DNA of 64,000 nt from an uncultured delta proteobacterium (GTDB taxonomy: Bacteria; Myxococcota_A; UBA9160; SZUA-336), in the NCBI GenBank assembly GCA_963704165.1, contig CAVPHD010000001.1, forward strand, positions 160,001 to 224,000. The letters run 5' to 3'. Of the stretch, positions 1-10,651 are shown one piece after another. Positions within the stretch are counted from its first letter, which is position 1. Every line of letters starts with the position of its first letter. The translations under genes and the position numbers were made by a program. The notes below the pieces were generated by a model, which had not been told where the DNA came from, searched no databases, and saw only the letters and a program-made list of their open reading frames with translations.

Positions 1-1
1 G

Positions 2-1627
2 ATCATCGCGGCCGCCGCTCTGCCGCACGGGCAGAAGGAGCACCGAAAGGTAGACGAGGACGCGATCGCGCAGGCGATCGCCGCCGAAGCGGGCCTGCGC
101 TACGCGAAGATCGACCCGCTGCGACTCGACAACGCGCTGATCTCGAAGACCTTCTCGCGGCCGTTCGTGCGTCACCACGTCGTGATCCCGATCGGGCAGG
201 AGAACGACGGGCTCGTGGTCGCGGTCGCCGACCCGTTCGACACGACGCTGCGCGAGACGCTCCAGGACGTGCTGCGTCGGCCATTCGTCTACGCGGTCAC
301 CTCGAAACGCGACATCCTCGCCGTCGCCGACCGCGTCTTCGGACTTCGTTCGAGCATCCGTCAGGCGGTTTCCGAGCTCGGCGATCAGAGCCCCACCCAG
401 ACGCTCGTGCAGCTCGTCCAGCTGCGCTCCAACGAAGAGCTCGCGAGTTCGAACGACGAGCACGTGGTCGCGGCGGTGGACTTCCTGCTCAACTACGCGT
501 TCGAGCAGCGCGCCTCGGATCTGCACCTCGAGCCACGCGCGAACGACGCCGTCGTGCGCTTCCGCATCGACGGCATCCTGCACGACATCGAGTCGTATCC
601 TCCTGCGGTGCACGCGGCGATCATCTCGCGCGTGAAGGTGATGGCGCGCATGGACATCGCCGAACGTCGCCGCCCGCAGGACGGCCGGATCAAGACCCAG
701 CGGGGCCAGACCGAGGTCGAGATGCGCGTCTCGAGCCTGCCGACGGCGTTCGGCGAGAAGATCGTGATTCGCGTGCTCGACCCGAGCATCCTGCTCGCGG
801 ATCTGCAGGACCTCGGCTTCGCTCCGCACGAGCGCGAACTCTACGAGAAGTGGATCACCGCGCCCTCCGGTCTGATCCTCGTCACCGGACCGACGGGCTC
901 GGGAAAGACGACGACGCTGTACTCGACGCTGCGCTATCTCGCGGGCCCCGAAGTGAACATCACCACCGTCGAGGATCCGATCGAGATGGTCGATCCGCGC
1001 TTCATGCAGGTGCAGGTCCAGCGCAAGATCGACGTCACGTTCGCGACCGCGCTCCGTTCGATCCTGCGCCAGGACCCCGACATCATCATGGTCGGCGAGA
1101 TCCGCGACAGCGAGACCGCGCAGATGGCCGTGCAGGCCGCGCTGACCGGGCATCTCGTCCTCTCGACCGTCCACACGCGCGACGCGGCGGGCGCGGTGAC
1201 TCGCCTCGCCGAGCTCGGCGTCGAGCGCTTCCTGCTCTCGAGCGTACTGCGCGGCGTGCTCGCGCAGCGGCTCTTGCGCCGGATCTGTGCGCACTGCACG
1301 TCCGAGGGCACGCTCACTCCCGATCAGGTGAACGCGCTCGGGATCAAGGTTCCCGTCGAGCGGCGCGAACGACTGAAGGTCCGCTGGGGCGAGGGCTGCG
1401 TCGAGTGCCGGCACACCGGACTCTACGGGCGCACGGGCGTGTTCGAGCTTCTCGACATCGGGCGCCGCGTGCGCGAGCTGATCAAGAAGGGCGAGGACGC
1501 GGCGGAGATCTGCCGCGGTGCGCGCGTCGAAGGCATGGAGTCGCTGCGCGAGAGCGCGCTGCGCCGACTCGCCGAGGGACTGACGACCTACGAAGAGGTC
1601 GTTCGAGCCACTTCGGACATGGACTGA
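2..1627 (+). CDS. GspE/PilB-family secretion/pilus assembly ATPase (5'-truncated by window edge)
   Basis: Frame is open from base 2. Motifs: ASDLHLEP, RFRIDG, MDIAERRRPQDGR, Walker A GPTGSGKT, TVEDPIE, LRQDPDIIMVGEIRD, tetracysteine CAHC...CVEC. Confidence 0.95.
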   Translation: MIAAAALPHGQKEHRKVDEDAIAQAIAAEAGLRYAKIDPLRLDNALISKTFSRPFVRHHVVIPIGQENDGLVVAVADPFDTTLRETLQDVLRRPFVYAVTSKRDILAVADRVFGLRSSIRQAVSELGDQSPTQTLVQLVQLRSNEELASSNDEHVVAAVDFLLNYAFEQRASDLHLEPRANDAVVRFRIDGILHDIESYPPAVHAAIISRVKVMARMDIAERRRPQDGRIKTQRGQTEVEMRVSSLPTAFGEKIVIRVLDPSILLADLQDLGFAPHERELYEKWITAPSGLILVTGPTGSGKTTTLYSTLRYLAGPEVNITTVEDPIEMVDPRFMQVQVQRKIDVTFATALRSILRQDPDIIMVGEIRDSETAQMAVQAALTGHLVLSTVHTRDAAGAVTRLAELGVERFLLSSVLRGVLAQRLLRRICAHCTSEGTLTPDQVNALGIKVPVERRERLKVRWGEGCVECRHTGLYGRTGVFELLDIGRRVRELIKKGEDAAEICRGARVEGMESLRESALRRLAEGLTTYEEVVRATSDMD

Positions 1628-1631
1628 CCCG

Positions 1632-3098
1632 ATGAGCCGCGAGTGCGCGAAGGAAGTCAGCCTGCTCGTGAAGGCGGGCTGGAGATTGATCCTGCTCGAG
1701 TCGTTCGAGGAGGATCGCGCTCTCGCGACGCTCGAGCTCGCCGCGAAGGCTTCTGGGCGCGAGCTGATCTCGTGGTCGGTCGCCTCGGGCCTCGGCGCCA
1801 CGGGTGTCGGTGCGGGCTCGTTCGACGACGGTCTGCGCGCGATGTCGGCCAGCTCCGATCCCGCCTTGTTCGCGATTCTCGACGCGCATCGCCAGCTCTC
1901 CGATCCGCTCGCGCTCCGACGGCTCCGCGATCTGCTCGAGCTGCTCGCCGAGCGCCGGCAGTCGATCGTGCTGATCGCGCCCGCGCTCGATCTTCCCGTC
2001 GAGCTTCTGCACGAAGCCGCGGTCGTCGAGCTCGCGTTGCCTCGCGCGAACGAGCTCGAGGCCGTGTTCAAGTCCGCGATCGAAGCGCCGGACCCGGGCG
2101 CACTCGAGGGCGCGGTGAAGGCCGCGCTCGGTCTCACCGCCGACGAAGCGCTGCGCGTCTTCCGGAAGGCCTGCACGCTTGCCGGAGGACTGAACGACAA
2201 GGCCGTCGCCAGCATCGTGCACGAAAAGCGGCAAGCTCTGCGCCGGACCCCTGCCCTGTCGTTTCACGAGTCGAGCGCGGGCCTCGACGACGTCGGTGGC
2301 CTCGGCGAGCTGAAGCGCTGGCTGCGCGAGCGTCGACGCGCATTCACCGACGAGGCGCGGCGTTTCGGACTGCCGCTGCCGCGCGGTCTGCTCCTGCTCG
2401 GCGTGCAGGGCTGCGGAAAGTCGCTCTCCGCGAAGGCGGTCGCGCGCGAGTGGAACTTCCCGCTGCTCCGGCTCGACCTCGCGGCCGCGTTCGGCACCCC
2501 GGACCAGACACCCGAGGCGACGATCCGTGAGGCGACCGCGGTCGCCGAGTCGATCGCGCCGTGCGTGCTGTGGATCGACGAGATCGAGAAGGGCTTCGCC
2601 GCCGCGAGCGAAGGCGGAGCGTCGAGCCGGGTCTTCGGTGCATTCCTGACCTGGCTCTCGGAGAAGCAGGCTCCGGTCTTCGTCGTCGCCACCGCGAACG
2701 ACGTGATGCGCCTGCCCCCGGAGCTCCTGCGCCGCGGGCGTTTCGACGATCTCTTCTTCGTCGATCTGCCGACCCACGCGGAACGCGTCGAGATCCTCGC
2801 GATCCACCTGCGCGGACACGGACGCGATCCGCTGCAGTTCGATCTCGGAGAGCTCGCCGCCCAGGCCGCGCGGCTCTCCGGCAGTGAATTGGAGCAGGTC
2901 GTGAGCGCCGGGCTCTACACCGCGTTCACCGAGGACCGCGACCTCTCGTGGAACGACCTCGCCAATGCGATCACCGAGACCGTCCCGCTCTACGAAACCT
3001 ATGAAGAGCGGATCAAGGAGCTTCGCGACTGGGCACGCACGCGCGCTCGGCCGGCGACGCTGGATGCAAAGGCGGCGGATCTGTTCAGGGGACGCTGA
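1632..3098 (+). CDS. AAA ATPase, Ycf46-like
   Basis: DVGGLGELKRWL, Walker A GVQGCGKS, Walker B WIDEIEK, VATAN, ELLRRGRFD, C-terminal LRDWARTRARPA. Starts 4 nt after the GspE stop. Confidence 0.9.
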   Translation: MSRECAKEVSLLVKAGWRLILLESFEEDRALATLELAAKASGRELISWSVASGLGATGVGAGSFDDGLRAMSASSDPALFAILDAHRQLSDPLALRRLRDLLELLAERRQSIVLIAPALDLPVELLHEAAVVELALPRANELEAVFKSAIEAPDPGALEGAVKAALGLTADEALRVFRKACTLAGGLNDKAVASIVHEKRQALRRTPALSFHESSAGLDDVGGLGELKRWLRERRRAFTDEARRFGLPLPRGLLLLGVQGCGKSLSAKAVAREWNFPLLRLDLAAAFGTPDQTPEATIREATAVAESIAPCVLWIDEIEKGFAAASEGGASSRVFGAFLTWLSEKQAPVFVVATANDVMRLPPELLRRGRFDDLFFVDLPTHAERVEILAIHLRGHGRDPLQFDLGELAAQAARLSGSELEQVVSAGLYTAFTEDRDLSWNDLANAITETVPLYETYEERIKELRDWARTRARPATLDAKAADLFRGR

Positions 3099-3876
3099 CC
3101 GGCTTCACGCGGAAGACTGCGAAGAGCGCGGGGTGATCACTGAGCGGTGTCGGACCGTCGGAGAACTCTCGCGCCTCGCCCGACTGTTCCGGTAGGAGCG
3201 CGACCTGGCTTCCGCTCCGATACAGGATGAAGTCGATCCGTTTGTTTGCGAACGGGCCGTCGCTCGCCGGGCGTGCACCGCTGTCCTCGAGGGAGAGCTC
3301 GCGCGCGAAGCGTTCGAGGAGCGCTCGGTCCGCTGCGTTCGACTCGTCGAGGTTGAAGTCGCCGGCGATCACGAGAGGTCCATCGCCGGATACGCGTTGG
3401 ACGCGCTCGGCGAGCTTCTGCAGCTGCACGTCGCGCGCCGCGCGATCGGTCGCGTCCTGACCCGCGTCGAGGTGCAGATTCCAGAAGTCGAGCTCGGCGC
3501 CGTTCTCGAGCGCGACCCGAACCCGCAGGAATCCCTTGTCTGCGAAGCAGTCGTTCGCGCGGTCGAGCCAGCCCGCGCACGCGCCGAGCGATCCGCGGCT
3601 CACCGCACGAAGTCGCGGGCGCGCGAACGTCGCCAGACCGGTCTGAAACAGCGTCCCGGTATCGACGCCGCCGCTTCGCTCCTTGGTCGCATGGGTGGCG
3701 TTCGCTTCGAGCATCTCGAAGAAGCTCCAGCTCTCCTGTATGAGCGCCACGTCGTAGAGGTTCAGGCGCGACGAGATCTGTGGCATGCGCGCCTCTGGGT
3801 CGTCGGAGACGAACACGCTCGGAAGTCCGTGCACGTTGTAGCTCAGCACCGTGATCAGGAGCGCGGCGAGCTTCAC
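3085..3876 (-). CDS. Endonuclease/exonuclease/phosphatase (EEP) family protein
   Basis: SYNVHGL, LIQE, NLHLD, GDFN, RIDFI, LSDH motifs. GTG start overlaps the upstream TGA (GTGA). Confidence 0.88.
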   Translation of the reverse strand: MKLAALLITVLSYNVHGLPSVFVSDDPEARMPQISSRLNLYDVALIQESWSFFEMLEANATHATKERSGGVDTGTLFQTGLATFARPRLRAVSRGSLGACAGWLDRANDCFADKGFLRVRVALENGAELDFWNLHLDAGQDATDRAARDVQLQKLAERVQRVSGDGPLVIAGDFNLDESNAADRALLERFARELSLEDSGARPASDGPFANKRIDFILYRSGSQVALLPEQSGEAREFSDGPTPLSDHPALFAVFRVKPVSVP

Positions 3877-4868
3877 GCGCGGACCTCGTTCACGAGCGGC
3901 TCGCCGCGTCCGTACCGCACCAGATTCCGCAGAAAGACCGCCGTGCGTCGCTCTTCGTTTCCACTCGAGATCGAAGAGTTGTGCGGCGTCACGATCACGT
4001 TTGGAAGCGACCAGAGAGGTGACGAGCCCGGCAGTGGTTCTTCGGTGAAGACGTCGAGGTAGGCGCCGGCGAGACGACCATCTCGCAAGGCCTCGATCAG
4101 GGCCGGCTCGTCGATGACACCACCACGCGAAATGTTCAGGACGCGCGCACCGCGCGGCAGGAGCGCCAGGGCATTCGCGTCGATCGCACCGCGGGTCTCG
4201 TCCGTCAACGCGCACGCGAGCGCGAGCCAGTCCGCGCGCGGCAGGAGCTCGCGCAGGCGCGCGGGTGGGTGAAGCTCGTCGACGGGATCCTGCGCCGTGC
4301 GCGGACTCCGTCGCACCCCGATCACACGCAGGCCGAGAGCGCGCGCGAGCCGCGCGATCTCCGTGCCGATCGCACCGAGGCCGAAGACGAGAATCGTCTG
4401 CCCGGAGAGGTCCGCGGGCACACGCGAGTCCGCGACCGGCTCCCAAGCTCGCCGTCGCTGCGCGTCGAGCCAGTGCGGGAATCCACGCGCGAGCATCATC
4501 AGCCCGGCGATCGCGGTCTGTGCGATCGGCACGGCGGAGGTCCCGCTCGCCGTCGTGAGCCGGACCCCGTCCGCGACGAAGCGCTGGAACACGGGATGAT
4601 CCACACCCGCGTTGAAGACCTGTAGCCAGCGAAGCTTCTTCGCGGCGAAGGCCGCCGCGAAGAACGCACGCGATCGGTCCGGGAAGACGTCACCGGAGAA
4701 GTACGCGATCTCGATCTTCGCGCATTCGGCCGGATCGATCCGCGCCTCGGGGTCGTCGTGGATGACGATGGGTTCGAGCTCGAGGCCGGCCTCGCGCGAA
4801 GCCGCGTCGAGCCCGGCCGCATGACGAGCGAGAAAGCGCTGTGATACGAGCAGGCCGCGCAACGCCAC
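3873..4868 (-). CDS. D-2-hydroxyacid dehydrogenase (NAD(P)-binding)
   Basis: AGVDH, GLGAIG Rossmann motif, NISRGG, LDVFTEEPL, TPHNS. Start uncertain: GTG at 4868, while the ORF extends to 4913. Confidence 0.9.
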   Translation of the reverse strand: MALRGLLVSQRFLARHAAGLDAASREAGLELEPIVIHDDPEARIDPAECAKIEIAYFSGDVFPDRSRAFFAAAFAAKKLRWLQVFNAGVDHPVFQRFVADGVRLTTASGTSAVPIAQTAIAGLMMLARGFPHWLDAQRRRAWEPVADSRVPADLSGQTILVFGLGAIGTEIARLARALGLRVIGVRRSPRTAQDPVDELHPPARLRELLPRADWLALACALTDETRGAIDANALALLPRGARVLNISRGGVIDEPALIEALRDGRLAGAYLDVFTEEPLPGSSPLWSLPNVIVTPHNSSISSGNEERRTAVFLRNLVRYGRGEPLVNEVRA

Positions 4869-4941
4869 CTTCAGCCGACGAATCGAGGGGTCGAGTACAT
4901 CGCGCGGGAGCATACCGCGGAACGCCGGCTATGATGCGCGC

Positions 4942-5637
4942 GTGCAGCCGACGGTGGGCATCCCGCTCTGTCTGGACGATCGCGACCGCATTCGACCCGG
5001 GCGCACCTACCACTACGTTCACGCCGCGTACGCACGCGCCGTCGAACGCGCGGGCGGAGTTCCCGTCTACCTGCCCGTGCAGAGCGACGTGCGAGCTCTC
5101 GTCGGGCGCGTCGATGCGCTGCTCGTTCCCGGGGGGGACGATCTTCCGCCCTCCCGGCCCTACCCACCGACCGTCTCGTTCGATCTCGTTGCGCCGGCCC
5201 AGCTCGAATTCGATCGCGCGTTGCTCGACGCTGCGCTCGCGCGCGACCGGCCCGTGCTCGGCATCTGTTACGGAATGCAGCTCCTCGCGCTCGCGTTCGC
5301 TGGCGCGCTGCACTACGACATCGAGAGCGACGCGCCCGGCGCGGATCGGCACCGCCTGCCCGAACTCGACGGACGCCACGCGATCCGGATCGAGCCGGGA
5401 TCGAGGCTCGAAGCCATCGTCGGCGAGCGCGAAGTCCGCGTCGGCAGCCGCCATCACCAGGCGGTGTCGGATCCGGGTCCGGGTCTGCGCATCGCCGCGC
5501 GCGCCGAGGACGGCGTGATCGAGGCGGTCGAGCGGCCGGCCGGGGTCTTCTGCATCGGCGTTCAATGGCACCCCGAAACCGATGCCGATGCGCTCGCCGA
5601 TGCGCTCTTTCACGCGTTCGTCGAAGCTTCGAGCTAG
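4942..5637 (+). CDS. Gamma-glutamyl-gamma-aminobutyrate hydrolase (PuuD)-like class I glutamine amidotransferase (peptidase C26)
   Basis: PGGDD, nucleophile elbow LGICYGMQ, SRHHQAV, GVQWHPE. Confidence 0.9.
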   Translation: MQPTVGIPLCLDDRDRIRPGRTYHYVHAAYARAVERAGGVPVYLPVQSDVRALVGRVDALLVPGGDDLPPSRPYPPTVSFDLVAPAQLEFDRALLDAALARDRPVLGICYGMQLLALAFAGALHYDIESDAPGADRHRLPELDGRHAIRIEPGSRLEAIVGEREVRVGSRHHQAVSDPGPGLRIAARAEDGVIEAVERPAGVFCIGVQWHPETDADALADALFHAFVEASS

Positions 5638-6140
5638 CTCTCGAGGGGGCGCTCGTACCACGCGACGTCGTGGTAGCGACCGAACTTGCGGCCGACCTGG
5701 TCGAACTTCGCGACGCATGCGAAGCCCACGCGCTCGTGAAGCGCCACCGATGCCGGATTCGGCTGCGTGATCCCGGCGTACGCCCGGTGCACGTCCTCTC
5801 CGACGAGCGCCTCGAAGAGCGCGGCGTAGAGCCGTCGGCCGAGCCCGCGACCCGTCGCCTCGGGCCGCAAGTAGATGCTCGTCTCGACGGACGTCTCGTA
5901 GGCCGCCTTCTCGCGAAACGGACCCGTGCAGACATAGCCCGCGAGTCCGCCGTTCCGCGTCGCGACGAGCAGGCGGTGGCGACCCGCAGGCGCGAACTTC
6001 TCGAACCACGGGCGGCGCGAAGCGATCGTGTACGGCTCGATGTCGAAGGTAGATGCGCTCGTGCGAACGTATTGGTTGTAGATCTCGACGAGCGCGGGCA
6101 GATCGGCCGTCGTTCCGGCGCGGATCTCGAACTCGCTCAC
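5634..6140 (-). CDS. GNAT N-acetyltransferase (phosphinothricin/YncA-like)
   Basis: [52 protein letters not shown] start overlaps the msrQ stop. Confidence 0.9.
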   Translation of the reverse strand: MSEFEIRAGTTADLPALVEIYNQYVRTSASTFDIEPYTIASRRPWFEKFAPAGRHRLLVATRNGGLAGYVCTGPFREKAAYETSVETSIYLRPEATGRGLGRRLYAALFEALVGEDVHRAYAGITQPNPASVALHERVGFACVAKFDQVGRKFGRYHDVAWYERPLES

Positions 6141-6749
6141 GATGTCGCTCGCGCGCGCCGAAGCCGCGGCCAGAGTCGCGCTGCGAGCAGAACGGCGAGA
6201 ACACCGGCATAGATCAGCGGCTCGCGCTGATCCGCCTTCACGAGCCACAGGAAATGCAGGCAGCCCGCCACGCCCGCAGCGTACACCAGACGGTGAAGGC
6301 GGACCCAGTGCCGGCCGAGCCGGCGCATCCACGCGCGCGTGGACGTGATCGCGAGCGGCAGCATCAGCAGAAATCCCGTGAACCCGGCCGTGATGTAGGG
6401 CCGCTCGAGGATGTCCTCGAGGAGCGTGTCCCAGGCGCGCCAGAGATCGACGAGCGCGTAGATCAAGAGGTGCGTCGAGCAGTAGGCGAAGCTGAGCAGG
6501 CCGAACGTGCGCCGATATCTCGCGAGCCAGGCCTGACGCAACGCCCGGCGCAGCCGGCGTGATCGCGAGCGTCGCGAGCAGGAATCGGAGCGTCCAGTGG
6601 CCGGTCGTGTGCTCGAGCGTCTCGACGGGATTCGCGCCGAGCGTCCCGCGCAGCGCCGAAATGCCGAGCCAGGCGAGCGGCGCGAGCGCGCAAGCGACCA
6701 GCGCCCACTGCCCGCGCAGAAGCGGGAACCGACATGCCCGTTCGCCCAA
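6137..6749 (-). CDS. msrQ: MsrQ heme-binding membrane subunit of methionine sulfoxide reductase (one frameshift near 6555)
   Basis: N-half [29 protein letters not shown] is in one frame. C-half RRTFGL...LAITS...[13 protein letters not shown]...HFLW is in another. Directly downstream of msrP. Confidence 0.85.
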
Positions 6750-6768
6750 CGCGAAACGCCCCCGCCGC

Positions 6769-7749
6769 TCAGAAGTTCGCGCGAAGATCCATTCCCGAGT
6801 AGAGCTCCGCCACCTGCTCGGCGTAGCCGTTGAACGGGAGCGTGCGCGTGCGGCGGAAGTCGCCGATCCGCCTCTCGCGCTTCTGGCTCCAGCGCGGATG
6901 ATCGACCTCGGGGTTCACGTTCGAGTAGAAGCCGTACTCGCTCGGCGCCGACATGTTCCAGCTCGTCGTGGGCTGGCGTCTCCTGCAGGCGGATCGAGAC
7001 GATCGACTTGATGCTCTTGAAGCCGTACTTCCACGGCACGACGAGCCGGAGCGGCGCGCCGTTCTGGTCGGGCAGGTCGCGGCCGTACATGCCGGTGGCG
7101 AGCAGCGTGAGCGGGTGCATCGCCTCGTCGATGCGCAGCCCCTCGCGGTAGGGCCAGTCGAGCACCGCGCGGCGCTGGCCGGGCATCTGCTCCGGGTCGA
7201 GCAGGGTGCGCGAACGCGACGTACTTCGCGTCGCGACGTCGGCTCGAAGCGCGCGAGCACGTCGCGCGAGCGGCAGCCCGCGCCAGGGGATCACCATCGA
7301 CCAGGCCTCGACGCAGCGCAGCCGGTAGATGCGCTCCTCGACCGGGGGGTCGCGGCGAGCAGATCTTCGAGCGCGACGCGTGCCCGGCTTCGCGACCTCG
7401 CCCGTCGATCGAGACCGACCAAGGGCGCGTGACGAGCGACGCCCGCGTTCGCGGCCGGGTCGTCCTTGTCGGTGCCGAACTCGTAGAAGTTGTTGTAGCT
7501 GGAGGCATCCTCGAACGGCGTATGCGCCTCGTCGGTCGTGAAGCCGTCCGGGGACCTCACCGGGCTCTTCTTCCCGGCGGGCTCGCCGGCCTTCGCGGCG
7601 ACATCCTCCGCCCGGCTACAGCCCGGCATCAGCATCCACCCCGCCGCGACGCCCAGGTCGCGGATGAATTCGCGGCGGCGTCGGTAGAGCCGGAGCTCGG
7701 TGATCTCGCGCTCCGGGCTCTCTCCGAGGGGATTTCGACGAATCAGCAC
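6769..7749 (-). CDS. msrP: MsrP molybdopterin methionine sulfoxide reductase catalytic subunit (several frameshifts)
   Basis: Tat motif [71 protein letters not shown] and TLPFNGY are spread over all three frames. Confidence 0.88.
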
Positions 7750-7807
7750 CTGCGCTCCTTTCCGGGCACCTCAGGGTACGGAGCGAAGCGTGCCTCGGTT
7801 GCGCCCG

Positions 7808-7850
7808 AAAAAGAGAAAACGGGGGTGGCGAGTACCGCCACCCCCGTTTC
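7808..7850 (-). terminator. Rho-independent terminator of the PEP-CTERM gene
   Basis: Perfect 14-bp stem AAACGGGGGTGGCG/CGCCACCCCCGTTT with a 5-nt loop, followed on the minus strand by TCTCTTTTT. Confidence 0.8.
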
Positions 7851-7882
7851 CTATTGTGAGAATTCGTCCGAGTCGGACGCGA

Positions 7883-8644
7883 TCAGGCCTTGCGCGAGCG
7901 CAGGGCGAGAGCACCGAGGCCGAGCAGCACGAGTGCTGCGGAACCCGGCTCAGGCACGGTGACCGTGGAGCCGAGGGTCCAGCCCGCCTGGCGGCGGTTC
8001 GGGTCCTCGACCACGTTCGACCAAGCGCTGACGATCACGTCGCTCGACGCGATCGTGTCGTGCGCGCCGTTCAGGCCCCACGTCCCGAGCACGACCGCCT
8101 GCACAGGCGTCGTGTTCGTGATGGCGGACAGGTACGGCTGGATCGGGATCGGCGTGCCCACAGGTGCCGGGAACGCGATCGCGCCGCAGTTCGAGCCCGT
8201 GCAGGTGAGCCAGCTGTCGGGGTACGCAGTCTGCGCAATGGCGGTCGTGCCGCTCCACAGAATGTCGTCACCGACCAGCGTTCCGGTTGCCCCACCCGCA
8301 AAGTTCGTCACCGAGTGCGACGAAAGCTCGATCGTCCCGAACACGAGCGGGGTAAGCGTATTCATCACCAGCGTCCCGCCGATCAGCGTCACGGCCGAGC
8401 CCGTGATGTCGACCGTCATGGAACTGCCGGCGGCGAACGCGTACCGGAAGCAGTCGCCCGTCATGCCTGCGGCGCAGGCACCACCGTTGGTCGGCGGACC
8501 GGGGATCGCGGCGTTCGCGTCCGTGCTGCGGGACCAGTAGCCAGTCACTCCAGAAACGTCAAAAACGACTGTCGCCGCCATCGCCGCCGAGCTGAAGGCC
8601 AGCACGGCACCGAGTGCGACGACCGTTCCAAGGATGCGCTTCAT
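7883..8644 (-). CDS. PEP-CTERM sorting-domain surface protein
   Basis: Signal peptide MKRILGTVVALGAVLAFSSAAMA. C-terminal VPEPGSAALVLLGLGALALRSRKA. GGGAGG RBS upstream. Confidence 0.92.
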   Translation of the reverse strand: MKRILGTVVALGAVLAFSSAAMAATVVFDVSGVTGYWSRSTDANAAIPGPPTNGGACAAGMTGDCFRYAFAAGSSMTVDITGSAVTLIGGTLVMNTLTPLVFGTIELSSHSVTNFAGGATGTLVGDDILWSGTTAIAQTAYPDSWLTCTGSNCGAIAFPAPVGTPIPIQPYLSAITNTTPVQAVVLGTWGLNGAHDTIASSDVIVSAWSNVVEDPNRRQAGWTLGSTVTVPEPGSAALVLLGLGALALRSRKA

Positions 8645-8915
8645 TCTCGTCTTCCCTCCCAAATGCCCCGTGGTCGCTAGCTACCGCGTGGCGTGTCATC
8701 CGCAGTGAAACCTTTCGTCACTCCCTCCGAGTGGCCATGGGGTAGCACTGTAGCCGGAATGCTACGCGCGATGGTTCCATAAAGCCTATGCCGATCTCCG
8801 CTCGATTTGTGTCCGTTAGCGCTCAGGTCGGGACCGGGTCTCGAACACCACCCGGAGCAGATCGGAGCCTGCCGACCCGCCGGGAAATCCTCGAGCGATG
8901 CGAGCTTCGGTGCAC

Positions 8916-9786
8916 TCAATTTGCCGGTGCCGGCTCTCGTCCGGCGCGCCGGCCGTGCGACGCCCGGTAGCGCCCCGGAGGCTCGAGCATTCGCTGGGCG
9001 AACACGCGCGAGAAATGGAAGCGATTCGCGAAGCCGCAGCGCTCGGCAATCTCGTCGATCGTGGAGTGCGTCGTCGCCAGGAGATCCGCGGCCTGCTGCA
9101 CGCGCCGGTCCTGTACGTGGCGCGCGGGCGTACAGCCAACCACCCGACGGAACATCCGGATGAAGTGCGATTCGCTCGCGTGCACGAACGCCGCCAGCCG
9201 CGGGTTGTCGAGCGGCTCCTGCAGGTGCTCGTCGATGAAGCGGAGCACCGGCCGGAGTTGCCGTTCGGCGTCGTCGTCGCGCTCGGTCTCGTCGAGGGCG
9301 TCGCGTCGCAGGTCGAAGGCCGTGGCCACGCAGAGATTCACGAGCGCCTTTGCGCGCGAGGAGGTCGCGCGCGCCGATCGCCGTGCTCGCTTCGAGGTCC
9401 CGGCGAAGCCGAGCGCACAGGCGGTCGCGAAGCTCGTCGGGCGCGAGCACGAGCGGCTCGGCACCGAGCGCCTCGAGGTGCTCCTCCGCGGCCAAGCTGA
9501 GCTGGAACTGCACGAGCAGCTGCAGGACGTCGCCCTCGGGCTTCGCCGACGCGCTCGCCGGAGGAATCAGGATCGCCCTCCCGGCGGGCAGAGCGATCAG
9601 ACGCGGACCGAGACGCAGGCTCGCCCCGACGTCGTCGCAGAACGACAGACGCCAGCTGGCGCGCCCGGAATCATCAGGCACCCAGCGATCTGCGAACGGC
9701 GCGACACCCAGCCAGAGAAGCCGCAGCTGATAGGTGTCGATCCCGGCCTCTTCGAGCACGGCGAATGATCCCCTTCCGAGCAGCAT
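8916..9786 (-). CDS. AraC-family transcriptional regulator (one frameshift near 9360)
   Basis: C-terminal double HTH (SESHFIRMFRRVVGCTP...IDEIAERCGFANRFHFSRVF...PPGRYR). The cupin-like N-terminal half is in a different frame. Confidence 0.8.
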
Positions 9787-9867
9787 TGTATACAGATCCG
9801 AGCTGCCGTGGGTAAAAAAACCCGATGGGGAAGCTCAGCGGCCGGCAAATGGCCGGCAACGACCGAG

Positions 9868-10651
9868 CTACCGACCCGTGAACCGTGCCGGTCTTCGCTC
9901 GAGAAACGAAGCGACCCCCTCGCGGTGGTCGTCCGAGCGGAAGCAGGCCTCGAGCGCCTTCCTATGATGGGAGATGTGCTCGAGCTCGGTGCGAGCGAGC
10001 CCGGCGTAGACGAGCGACTTGATCAGCCGATGCGAGAGCGGGGAACCGGCCAGGAAGGTCCGGGCCTCTTCGCGGGCGGCCTCGGCGAGCGCCTCGGGCG
10101 CGACCACGCGCGCGACGTAGCCGATCGCGAGCGCCTCGTCGGCGGACAGGAACGCACCCGAGTAGAGCAGCCGAAGGGCGTGCGCCGGGCCGATCAGCCG
10201 AGGCAGGAGCCAGGTTCCAGCGCCGGTGTCGGGGACGAGGCCGCGGTGCGCGAAGTTCCAGGCGAAGCGCGCGCGCGAGCTCGCGATGCGCACGTCGCAC
10301 TGGCTGGTGAACTCGGCGCCCATGCCGACCGCCGCGCCGTCGATCGCGCCGATCGACCGGCTTCGGACAGGCGACCAACGGCCACCAACGGTCCGTCGCC
10401 CGGGTCTCACCGCGCGAGCCGCGCTTCTCGCCGGGCACGCTCGACAGGTCCGCGAGATCGGTGCCGGCGCAGAAGGAGCCACCGGAGCCCGTCACGATCA
10501 CGACCCGCGCCTCGGGATCCGCGCCCGCGCGCTCGACCGCTGCGGTGAACTCGTCGAGCATCGCGAAGCTCATCGCGTTGCGTTTCTCGGGCCGATCGAG
10601 CGTGATCGTCGCGACGGCCTCGAGGACCTCGTAGCGAACCCACGCGCTCAC
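9868..10651 (-). CDS. Enoyl-CoA hydratase/isomerase family protein (one frameshift near 10350)
   Basis: ITLDRPEKRNAM, FCAGTDL and CPKPV in one frame. AIDGAAVGMG, GLVPDTGA and DHREGVASFLERR in another. Confidence 0.85.

Noticed and set aside
5634..6749. Apparent MsrQ-GNAT fusion ORF (371 aa)
   Set aside because: It results from the msrQ frameshift. The GNAT has its own GTG overlapping the true msrQ stop, and the linker is out-of-frame msrQ sequence.
6769..7749. Programmed frameshifting or phase variation in msrP and neighbours
   Set aside because: There are too many shifts, no slippery heptamers or long simple repeats, and they cluster regionally. Assembly error explains this better.
8677..8915. 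Sigma54 promoter or enhancer upstream of the PEP-CTERM gene
   Set aside because: I found no correctly spaced GG-N10-GC consensus. The GTAGCA/TGCTAC repeat is too short to call.
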